A stretch of DNA of 32,000 nt from Planctomycetota bacterium (GTDB lineage: Bacteria > Planctomycetota > Phycisphaerae > UBA1845), in the NCBI GenBank assembly GCA_030616775.1, contig JAUWWQ010000006.1:76965-108964 (forward strand), in the 5' to 3' direction. The translations under genes were made by a program, and so were the position numbers. Positions 24,345-32,000 of the stretch are shown one piece after another. Below the pieces are notes generated by a model that searched no databases, was not told the origin of the DNA, and saw only the letters and a list, made by a program, of their open reading frames with translations. The stretch's first letter is position 1; every line of letters begins with the position of its first letter.

Positions 24345-25529
24345 TTGCGGCAGATGGGCCTTGGCCGGCAGATAGAGAGCTTCCTCGACGATCGCTTCGA
24401 TACCGAGACTGCGCGCGGCTTCGTAGACAAGCAGGCTCACAAACGATTGCCGCCGAACACCGGCTGGTTCCACGTTTTCGGTAGCCTGTCGCTGCTGCTG
24501 TTCGTCAGCCAGACCATCACCGGGATATTGCTTCTGATCTACTATCGTCCGACGCCCGAGGCGGCCCATGAGTCCATACAGTACATCACGGCCGAAGTGT
24601 ACTTTGGCTGGCTATACCGCCAGATTCACGCCTGGGGAGGGACCCTGATGATTCTGGCGGTTGTGTTTCACATGGTCCGGACATATTTTTGGGGTGCGTA
24701 CAAGAAACCTCGCGAGCTGACCTGGGTAACCGGCGTGCTGATCTTCATCGGCACCATCACGTTCGGCTTCACCGGGTATCTGCTTCCGTGGAACCAGCTT
24801 GCTTTCTGGGCCACGACGGTGGGGACCGAATCGGCGAACAAGGTCCCGCTTATTGGCAGTTGGCTGCAGTATTTCCTTCGCGGCGGTGATGCGGTTACCG
24901 GTGAGACACTTTCGCGTTTTTTTGTAGTCCACGTGATCATTCTGCCGTGGTTGTTCACCGGGCTGGTCGTGGTGCATCTGATTCTGATGCGGCTGAATAA
25001 CCTGGCCACATTTGAGCGTGTCGGCGAAGAGAAGCCTAGTCCGCCCGAGTATGGGATTCCGTTTTTTCCGGTTCACGTGGCCAAGGAAGGTGTCGTGGTC
25101 GTGCTTCTGCTGGCGGTGTTGGTGACCTTGTCGGTGTTGGTGCCGTGGGAGATCGGCGAGCCGGCTGATCCACTGTCCACGCCGGCGCACATCAAACCGG
25201 AATGGTATTTCCTGCCCAGCTACCAGCTGCTCAAGTATTTCGAGGGGCCATACGGGGCGATCATCGGAATCTTCGCCTGTTCACTGCCGTTTTTTCTGTT
25301 GTTCCTTTGGCCGTTCCTGGATCGCGGCAAGGAACGACATCCCAAGAGGCGTCCGCTGGCTGTTGGCTTCGGTCTGCTCGGCTTGCTTGGCGCCTTGTTC
25401 CTGGGATACCTCGGACACATCTCTGAAACGGAGCAGACCTTCTTCGGGAAACGGTACTACATCGATCTCCTGGGCCGGCCGAACGAAATCGTCGACGACG
25501 CCGGGACCAGCGAATCAAAAGCACATTGA
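24345..25529 (+). CDS. Cytochrome b (full-length, b6 plus subunit-IV-like parts fused)
   Basis: 394-aa polytopic ORF. Helix B haem ligands are H-X13-H (IHAWGGTLMILAVVFH). Helix D ligands are H-X14-H (HVIILPWLFTGLVVVH). The Qo-site PEWY motif is present (KPEWYFL). Confidence 0.9.
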   Translation: MRQMGLGRQIESFLDDRFDTETARGFVDKQAHKRLPPNTGWFHVFGSLSLLLFVSQTITGILLLIYYRPTPEAAHESIQYITAEVYFGWLYRQIHAWGGTLMILAVVFHMVRTYFWGAYKKPRELTWVTGVLIFIGTITFGFTGYLLPWNQLAFWATTVGTESANKVPLIGSWLQYFLRGGDAVTGETLSRFFVVHVIILPWLFTGLVVVHLILMRLNNLATFERVGEEKPSPPEYGIPFFPVHVAKEGVVVVLLLAVLVTLSVLVPWEIGEPADPLSTPAHIKPEWYFLPSYQLLKYFEGPYGAIIGIFACSLPFFLLFLWPFLDRGKERHPKRRPLAVGFGLLGLLGALFLGYLGHISETEQTFFGKRYYIDLLGRPNEIVDDAGTSESKAH

Positions 25530-25565
25530 CGCTGGGAACTACGGTTTCGATGGCAGCTCCGGCGA

Positions 25566-26432
25566 GTGCAGGCCGTGGGGAAGCTGGCCCTGTGCACAGC
25601 GTGTTATCGTTCGCTGCCCATCGCAGTTTTGAAAGGCGGTTTGCAGAAGCGGGCAGATGTATGCACCGATAAACGGGACATGGAAGCGCCCATTGAACTT
25701 GGCGATCTGGGTACTGCCGGCGCGGCGGCCTCATGGGAGAATCACGCCCGGCTCGCTCTACTTAATGAGCTGTATGCCTACAACCACTGGCTCTTCGATA
25801 AAGTACGCCTCTTTATCAAGGACAGCGTGTGCGAAGTCGGTTGTGGGACCGGCAACATCACCCAGTTCTTGCTGAACCATGAGCGAATCGTGGGGATCGA
25901 GCCCTTTGGCCCCTCCTTGGAGAAGGCCCGGCGGCGCTTCGCAAAGCACCTCAACGTGGAGTTTGCCAATTGCCGGCTGGACGACAGTCCAAACGAGCTT
26001 GTCCCGGCAAAGAGCTTCGACACCATTCTTTGCATGAACGTTCTTGAACACATCGAGGATGATACTGACAGCCTGCGACGCATGCGGCGGCTGTGCCGCA
26101 GAGACGGGAATGTGGTGGTTTTGGTCCCCGCCCATATGAGCGCTTTCGGGGGGCTGGACCGGGCGGCCGGACACTTCCGTCGATACAACAGACGATCGCT
26201 TGGACGCGCCTTTGAGCAGGCCGGCCTGATCGTGACCGACAACTTCTATATGAATGCACTGGGCTATTTCGGCTGGCTGTGGTACGGACGCATCCTTGGT
26301 CGTGAGCAGCTCCCGCCCTCGGGTGCGCGGCATTTTAACCGGCTCGTCCCGTTGCTGGACGCATTCGAGCGGATCATCCCACCGCCGTTCGGACAATCAC
26401 TGGTGATGGTAGGCACGCCGGAGCGTCAATGA
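25566..26432 (+). CDS. Class I SAM-dependent methyltransferase
   Basis: Motif I VCEVGCGTGNITQFL, plus ILCMNVLEHIEDD and GNVVVLVP. The true start may be ATG 25680 (MEAPIELG...), which would give the usual spacing of about 50 aa before motif I. Confidence 0.8.
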   Translation: MQAVGKLALCTACYRSLPIAVLKGGLQKRADVCTDKRDMEAPIELGDLGTAGAAASWENHARLALLNELYAYNHWLFDKVRLFIKDSVCEVGCGTGNITQFLLNHERIVGIEPFGPSLEKARRRFAKHLNVEFANCRLDDSPNELVPAKSFDTILCMNVLEHIEDDTDSLRRMRRLCRRDGNVVVLVPAHMSAFGGLDRAAGHFRRYNRRSLGRAFEQAGLIVTDNFYMNALGYFGWLWYGRILGREQLPPSGARHFNRLVPLLDAFERIIPPPFGQSLVMVGTPERQ

Positions 26433-26437
26433 TCCAT

Positions 26438-28216
26438 TCAGCGAAGAGCGCCCGTGTGATCCTCGGCGTCGCATAGGTCGGGATGTTCAGGACACGCCGG
26501 TTGCAGCCGATCACCGGTCAGCAAGACCAGCAACGGCTCTCCCTCCTCATTCTCCCTGCCCCTCACATCGTCCGCGGATTGGACAGCCCCGGAGACGGAT
26601 GACGCACGTTCCCAAGGTACAAGTTCGGTACGTGGCAATGGGACGCCATAATCCCAGGACTCGGGCACGCCGGTGAGCTGCAACGGAGTAGCGATCAGAT
26701 AGGCGTTTTCTGGTCCAGGCAGCGGCCTGCGCCGAGACACGATGTCAACACTGGCCTTGCGCCACCAGGGCTGTGCCTGTCCATCAACAGCCACGCGAAG
26801 CCGCGATCGCAAGTCCGGGGGAAACAGGATGCGGTATCGCAGGTACAGCGAGGCGGGCATGAAAATCTCGCGCTGATCATCCCATTCCGTCAGGGCTACA
26901 AGCCGCTTTACGGCATCTCCGAGGCGTTTGGTGGGGCGGTTGCGAAAACCGTTCAGCTCCTTGGGGTTGGTGTAGGCCAGCATGACTATCGCGACGAATA
27001 CAAGCGGCCACCCGCGCCGGACCCAACTCGGCGATGGAGTAAGGTTGAGCGTCCGGTGAGCCAACCACCCCAAACACAAGGCAAATGGGACACAAGCGGT
27101 CAGGATGGCACGGCCGTCAAAGAACGGATAGGGCTGCAATCCCTCCTTGATCCTCACCGGTGTGAGGGCCAAAAACAGGTACGTTGCGATTGCCCAAACG
27201 GCAAGACCGCGCCCGGGGCGGTTAAGAAAAAGTACCAGGCCGGCGGCGGGCCAAAATGCAATCGCCAGCAGACCCCACCCCGATGTCGAAGGGTGAAGAA
27301 TCAACGTGATCCGGCTCCACGCGAGCTTTGCGAAACCGGCAAGGCCCTCAGTGCCGGAGGCCATAAACAGATGATCCGCCGATTGTGCATTCCGGAGTGC
27401 GTGAAGCTTGAACCAGAAGTCGTCGGCCACCCATACGTAAAATAGTCCCTGGATGAAGAACAAGGCTATGCAGCCCAGCGCCACTGACGTCAGGCTCAAG
27501 GTTCGAATGTAACGAGTATCGCTTCGCCATGTCCAGACGATAAAGACCACACCGATGCCCGTACTTACGCTGAAGATCTTGGCGGAGGCGGCAAGTCCGA
27601 GAGCCAGGCCGCACGCCGCTGCGTACATCAGCGCTTGTGGAAGACGACGCTCGCGAGTCAGCGCAATGGTCAGCAGGATTGCCACCGTCGTCCAAAGGCA
27701 AGCATGTACATCCGGGTAAGCGGTTGTGGAAAGCACGCGGAAGTAGGGAAGCACCGAGACCACTGTGGCCGCACATAATCCTTCCCACCAGCCCCACACC
27801 ATCCGTCCCAGGACGGCCACCACCGCAACACAGAGCATAGAAGCGACGACCATGGGCAAGGCGACCGCGGTGGGACTATCGCCAAACAACCGGATCGACA
27901 TTGCAATTGGAATGATAACGCTCATCCGCGCGGAGTGATGATGCACACGTTGAATCTTCTCGCCCGCAAGGACCTGCTCGGCTGCGGAATAATACGACGC
28001 ATCGTCAGACCCCAACCATCCGGTTGGGTCCAGGATGCGCACCGCGGCCGTCAGGATCATAAGCGCAGCGAACCACAGAATGATCCATGTCGTTACGCGT
28101 TCGCGGCCTTTGAGGGGACCTTCGCGTGAGGTATGAGCGGCCGTAGCCATAGTTGTTGGCAGTGCCATAGGGGCTTCCGTCTGGCTTCTCGTCTGAAGCG
28201 CAGACAGCCTGCGCAT
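26438..28216 (-). CDS. GT-C fold membrane glycosyltransferase-like protein (ArnT/PMT_2, family 39-like)
   Basis: 592-aa ORF with many TM helices in the N-terminal two thirds, an early periplasmic-loop acidic motif (GSDDASYYSAAEQVL) and a soluble C-terminal domain. The assignment rests on architecture only. Confidence 0.65.
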   Translation of the reverse strand: MRRLSALQTRSQTEAPMALPTTMATAAHTSREGPLKGRERVTTWIILWFAALMILTAAVRILDPTGWLGSDDASYYSAAEQVLAGEKIQRVHHHSARMSVIIPIAMSIRLFGDSPTAVALPMVVASMLCVAVVAVLGRMVWGWWEGLCAATVVSVLPYFRVLSTTAYPDVHACLWTTVAILLTIALTRERRLPQALMYAAACGLALGLAASAKIFSVSTGIGVVFIVWTWRSDTRYIRTLSLTSVALGCIALFFIQGLFYVWVADDFWFKLHALRNAQSADHLFMASGTEGLAGFAKLAWSRITLILHPSTSGWGLLAIAFWPAAGLVLFLNRPGRGLAVWAIATYLFLALTPVRIKEGLQPYPFFDGRAILTACVPFALCLGWLAHRTLNLTPSPSWVRRGWPLVFVAIVMLAYTNPKELNGFRNRPTKRLGDAVKRLVALTEWDDQREIFMPASLYLRYRILFPPDLRSRLRVAVDGQAQPWWRKASVDIVSRRRPLPGPENAYLIATPLQLTGVPESWDYGVPLPRTELVPWERASSVSGAVQSADDVRGRENEEGEPLLVLLTGDRLQPACPEHPDLCDAEDHTGALR

Positions 28217-28350
28217 ACGGACCGAGGGAAGCTCGTAAATCCGATAATCTTTCGGCGGGTCAGAGGGCGTTCTTGAAAAAACATGGGCGGTGCCTGCAGA
28301 TGCCGGTCCTTATATCGCGGAAGAAAGCCGGTTTCTTTCTGAAAGGTCTG

Positions 28351-28803
28351 TCAGAAAACGACCGGCGGTGAGAGATGAATGTCATTCGCTACCTGCAATG
28401 CTTCGGCAAACCAGGGGTAACGGGCTTTCGAGGACTCAACGTCACCCGTGAGTATCCAATGTGGACCGACTGCTTTCACCTGCATGCCAATCTCACAGTA
28501 CTCTCCGCCCACGACACGGCAAAACACCACCGTTCCTGCGAAGTGTGTTCGCGTCTTGTTGGGTCCGGCGATGACCGCTTCGATTGGGCGCCCGGTTGGG
28601 ATGGCCTCGGGCATTTTCGCGATGATGGATAGGCCGCGGAAGGAAGAATTACAGGTTACGACGTCCAGGATTCTCTTTCTTGGCCCGTCCTCGCCAAAGA
28701 CCCATAGCTCGCACGTCGTACAGGACCGGCGGCGGGCCTCAGCCCGACGTTCCACATCGAGGTGTTCAACGTTCGTATTGTTGACGTTGTACTCGTGGAC
28801 CAT
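28351..28803 (-). CDS. PilZ domain protein (putative c-di-GMP receptor)
   Basis: 150-aa ORF with both PilZ signature elements at the expected spacing of about 30 aa: RRxxxR (RRAEAR) and (D/N)xSxxG (NSSFRG). Confidence 0.65.
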   Translation of the reverse strand: MVHEYNVNNTNVEHLDVERRAEARRRSCTTCELWVFGEDGPRKRILDVVTCNSSFRGLSIIAKMPEAIPTGRPIEAVIAGPNKTRTHFAGTVVFCRVVGGEYCEIGMQVKAVGPHWILTGDVESSKARYPWFAEALQVANDIHLSPPVVF

Positions 28804-29303
28804 TTCCGTCAGAACCTCTTTCTGTCAACGGTAGCGGCGGCCTGACGCCACCGCAGGTCACGAAGGTGTTTGGATATTCTTGCGCTCCGTTCCCACTCCT
28901 CCGATCGTCCGAAATACGACCCGATCACGCCTGGCCAACACGAAGATCCACACCGTACGCGGGCTAAGCGCTTATCGTCCCAACGTCTCGAGTGGTTCAA
29001 CCCACAGGTGCTTTCCCAATCATAGGCGTGAGGCGGACCACAGACAATCACACCGAGGACGTTTCCGGTTGAATGGTAATGCGGACCTACAAGGCCCCCC
29101 CTTCCCGGACTATCTGGATGGCTTCCGGATTCTACCGCGTCTGAATCAACAGTTGCCCGCCATCTGTCGCAGCCATGTCACCAACACACAACCGATAATC
29201 TTCCGTCCCAGTACGGCAACCGCACAAGTACGATTCGTAACGTATACTCTCGGGTAGTTGTCAGTCCCGATCCGGATCCTCAGGCAGAAAAAGGGGCCTA
29301 TCG

Positions 29304-29981
29304 ATGGAGAGTAACGATAATCGGGAAAGCACGGCGAATCATGGTGGCTGCAATCGTCGACGGCAGTACCTCATCAATCCCGGTTTTCAGTGGAAATATG
29401 CAATCACGCTTGCACTGGCGGTCTTTCTGATCTCCGCGCTGATAAGCTCGGTCCTCTACGCTCTTCTGCACCACCAGGCACGATTGAGGTTGATGAACCC
29501 GGAAGCGTACACGGCACAGGTCACTCTGGTTATTCTTCTGTTCGGAGCGGCCTTTTCCATGTTGACTGCCGGAGCTTTGGCTGTTTGGTGTGTCTTTATG
29601 ACTCATCGGATTTGCGGTCCTCTGTTTGTACTGGAACGCAACCTGGGTGAGCTTGCCGATGGCCGCTTGCCGAAGCTGCGGTCGCTGCGGCGAAAAGACG
29701 AGTTCAAAGACCTCTACGCGGCCTTTGGAAGGGCGGTTGAGTCGTTGAAAGTAAACAAACAGGCGGAGTTGGCCACGCTGACCCAGGCCCTGACCATCGC
29801 GGAATCAGCTGCCAACGCCAACGATGAAGCCCGGAAGGACGCCCTGAGTTCGGTCGCCACTCATATCGAGACGTTGCGCGACGTCGCTACTAAGGCCCTC
29901 GGAGTTGAGGCCGGAGCAGTACCGGAAGCCGCGACAGTACGGTCTGGATCGACCGCCAAGATACCGGTCGCAGTCATGTAG
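29304..29981 (+). CDS. Two-TM membrane protein with a HAMP-like linker (small MCP-like or HAMP-domain protein)
   Basis: 225-aa ORF. RRRQYLINPGFQWKY precedes TM1 and a second TM follows. Next come a HAMP-like segment (HRICGPLFVLERNLGELADGRLPKLRSLRRKDEFKDLYAAFGRAVESLK) and a helical tail. Confidence 0.6.
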   Translation: MESNDNRESTANHGGCNRRRQYLINPGFQWKYAITLALAVFLISALISSVLYALLHHQARLRLMNPEAYTAQVTLVILLFGAAFSMLTAGALAVWCVFMTHRICGPLFVLERNLGELADGRLPKLRSLRRKDEFKDLYAAFGRAVESLKVNKQAELATLTQALTIAESAANANDEARKDALSSVATHIETLRDVATKALGVEAGAVPEAATVRSGSTAKIPVAVM

Positions 29982-30033
29982 TCGCTGACGATCGACGATC
30001 TCTACCGGGCTGCCAGAGGTCGCCGCCGCGCAG

Positions 30034-30062
30034 AAAAAAGGCCGCCGGAACGAGGCGGCCTT
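30034..30062 (-). terminator. Rho-independent terminator for the PEP-CTERM gene, partly bidirectional
   Basis: The stem AAGGCCGCC / GGCGGCCTT (9 bp) has a 7-nt loop. On the minus strand it is followed by TTTTTT. It lies 33 nt after the stop at 30096 and between convergent genes. Confidence 0.7.
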
Positions 30063-30095
30063 CAAAGCTCTTTTGTATAGGTGAACAGCCGGACT

Positions 30096-30848
30096 CTAGG
30101 GCAAACGCCGCCTGATAATCCCAGCGAGTCCGAGCCCAGTCATAGCCAGCAGGGCGGCACCCGGCAGGGGGACGATCTCGGCGTCGTGAGAAAAGGGCGC
30201 GAATTTCGCGTGGTTAGTCGAGTAGAGAGTATCGTACAAGTCGAAGTGCAGTATCATGTCGGATTCGGCCAGCACTGAGATCTCGTAGACGTTGATGTGA
30301 CCTCCCGTTTCAGAGGGATCAACCGGGAATTCGCCTATGACGTCTGCGACGGACGAGGTCGTCTCGCCAAAGTGACCCAGCCCGAACTCCTGCCAATAGG
30401 TTCCCGGTCCAAAAATACCGTGACTGGGTAAAGAACCTTGGTCCCCGAGAACCCCGAGAGCCGGCGCGCTACCGTCCGTCACGGTTTGGATGAAGGTCGG
30501 CACGTCCGGTGTGGTCGGATCTAACCAACCCCCATAGCCTCCGGTTGTCGAGGGCGTGAACGTGATTATGGGGGCGACATCCACGGCAGCGTACGCAACC
30601 GAAAGACGCACACTCTCAAGGGGGCCGTGGCCGCCAGGCCCCACAATATTTCCCAGGGCCCATAGGCGGAACGTCTCACCATCCGAGAAGCCGGGCATAA
30701 CCAGCACCCACGTCTCCGTTTCGGTATCGTATGTAGCCCCTTCCAGGTATAGTTGGAGAGGCGGGATCCCCTGAGCGGACGAAGCGCCCAAAAACATCGC
30801 GCCCGCAACGACTAGGTACACCACACTTCTGTTAATTTGGAGGCACAT
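30096..30848 (-). CDS. PEP-CTERM sorting-signal secreted protein
   Basis: 250-aa ORF with signal peptide MCLQINRSVVYLVVAGAMFLGASSAQG and a C-terminal VPLPGAALLAMTGLGLAGIIRRRLP (PEP-like motif, TM helix and Arg cluster). Confidence 0.85.
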   Translation of the reverse strand: MCLQINRSVVYLVVAGAMFLGASSAQGIPPLQLYLEGATYDTETETWVLVMPGFSDGETFRLWALGNIVGPGGHGPLESVRLSVAYAAVDVAPIITFTPSTTGGYGGWLDPTTPDVPTFIQTVTDGSAPALGVLGDQGSLPSHGIFGPGTYWQEFGLGHFGETTSSVADVIGEFPVDPSETGGHINVYEISVLAESDMILHFDLYDTLYSTNHAKFAPFSHDAEIVPLPGAALLAMTGLGLAGIIRRRLP

Positions 30849-31435
30849 GTTTTTCTATCCTCTGTCTACTTTGAAACTCTGTACGTAGACGCCCGGCCCT
30901 GGGCGACATTCTCAGCCCTTCCCGCATTAGATTGCGGTACCCGCATCCTAGCGGCCCGTCCCGAACGCGTCAACCCAGAAAAAAAAAAGCTTTCCTGGGT
31001 GACGCCGCCGTCCGAGGGTACGCCGACGCTGAGCCATGTACGCCCGATATCGCGCGAGTCCCGGGTCCCTTCATTCACTTTGTGACGTATGGGCGTCGCT
31101 TGCCGTCTGACCGGTTTAGTGCGCTAGGTTCTATATGCCGACTAACACCAGTGCATCAGTCCGATAATTTCAGCGATTCGCCGACGACCGGTTACCCACG
31201 CGCTGGTCGAGTGTGTGTCAGTGTCACGCAAGGTCGAGCCCCTGCGGCTGGCGACGGAAGCGTGACGGTCAACGAGGGCGCCACGGCGTGACGGACGTGT
31301 CTCGCTTCGCAGCCGGCGCAGAACCCGTGGCAAAGACACTGGGTCGCCGGTTCATGCGCTTCTAGAGCCGGCTACTCCAGGGGTAGCAATATTTGAACCT
31401 AGATTGATGGCGGTCCCGCTTACGGCCCCTGAATC

Positions 31436-31858
31436 CTAACGCTTGCCGACGATCCGTATGCAGTCCGAAGCGCTGAACTCGCTCCCGTCCAGCAAAGAGC
31501 CACTGATTGTCAACGTCACAAAAGTGTGCCGCGGGACGGAACGCAGGTCCAGCGTTTCGACCAGCTCCCTGGTCAGGAACTTCAGCGAAAGGTCGTCGAT
31601 CCCGTCACCGGTCAGGCTGTGGCAGTCACAGAGTTCGCCCGTAAACGGCGTAGCCACGTCGCTGATGTTGGCCGCGCGGCCGCGCACCCGTCTAGCCGGT
31701 CTGACTATTCCACCAACGCCGTCGGCACGGGTGAGCACGACAGAGCTGACATCGATCTGAGTGACGTCGAACGCGTCACTACCGACGATTGCCGTCGGAA
31801 CCACGCCCTTGCTTCGTACGCTCACCGGATTGGGACACGAGCCGGGCTTTATGTCCAA
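31436..31858 (-). CDS. Hypothetical protein, possibly 5'-truncated or degraded (beta-rich secreted-protein-type domain beginning DIKPGSCPNP)
   Basis: 140-aa ORF. The only in-frame start after the upstream stop is TTG 31858. It has no signal peptide, although the DIKPGSxPNPxxxxSKGxxPxAIxGSxxFDV motif is one I associate with secreted proteins. Confidence 0.45.
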   Translation of the reverse strand: MDIKPGSCPNPVSVRSKGVVPTAIVGSDAFDVTQIDVSSVVLTRADGVGGIVRPARRVRGRAANISDVATPFTGELCDCHSLTGDGIDDLSLKFLTRELVETLDLRSVPRHTFVTLTISGSLLDGSEFSASDCIRIVGKR

Positions 31859-32000
31859 GTATGCTGCCGGGGCGGGTGACCCACCTCCTTTGGAGGTGGG
31901 GTAAACGATGATCGTGGGCGGATCGCATCACCAGATGATCGGCCAGCTTCCGGCGGGCGGGTGGCCCACCTCGTTTGTAGGAATGCGCACGAAGCTTCAT

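Noticed and set aside
31779-32000. 73-aa ORF starting at the window edge (MKLRAHSYKRGGPPARRK...)
   Set aside because: It is Arg/His-rich and non-protein-like, and it overlaps the 5' end of the 140-aa ORF in another frame. It is probably a by-product of the GC-rich repeats, although the region as a whole is flagged in the findings.

Overview
This is a GC-rich bacterial chromosomal window with about 25 supportable protein genes, one tRNA and no rRNA, CRISPR or intact mobile element. The gene content (a PEP-CTERM protein, a thrombospondin-type-3-repeat lipoprotein, multihaem cytochromes attached to a Rieske/cytochrome b module, and often weak Shine-Dalgarno sites) is reminiscent of Planctomycetota-like genomes, but taxonomy cannot be established from this window.

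Layout:
- 1-302: tail of a serine-recombinase-family gene running into tRNA-Pro(UGG), probably the edge of an integrated element lying left of the window.
- 738-8305, all minus strand: PocR/GAF/PP2C phosphatase, M42 aminopeptidase, a DUF47-PiT phosphate transporter pair, a small ORF translationally coupled to glnA, and glnA itself with a good sigma-54 promoter match.
- 8628-14154, minus strand: a tightly coupled five-gene operon of methyltransferase, radical SAM with a truncated SPASM/twitch domain, glutamine-dependent AsnB-type amidotransferase, and two GT2 glycosyltransferases. It looks more AT-rich than its surroundings.
- 14466-20646: a divergent methyltransferase, a large Maf-like/CgeB-like putative glycosyltransferase fusion, and a TSP3-repeat lipoprotein with about 15 repeats.
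- 21359-25529: a tetrahaem cytochrome c divergent from an operon of nine-haem membrane-anchored cytochrome c, Rieske protein and cytochrome b, with no c1/f gene.
- 25566-31858: methyltransferase, GT-C (ArnT/PMT-like) membrane protein, PilZ protein, HAMP-like membrane protein, PEP-CTERM protein, and an ORF with a problematic 5' end.

The observations most worth following up are the multihaem Rieske/cyt b module, the radical-SAM/AsnB/GT2 operon, and a roughly 70-nt double-hairpin intergenic module present twice, 37-39 nt after stop codons, with one copy tandemly expanded upstream of the sigma-54 glnA promoter.

Nothing here could be compared with databases. All functional calls rest on motifs I recognise in the supplied translations. 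Coordinates of non-ORF features were counted by hand and may be off by 1-2 nt.
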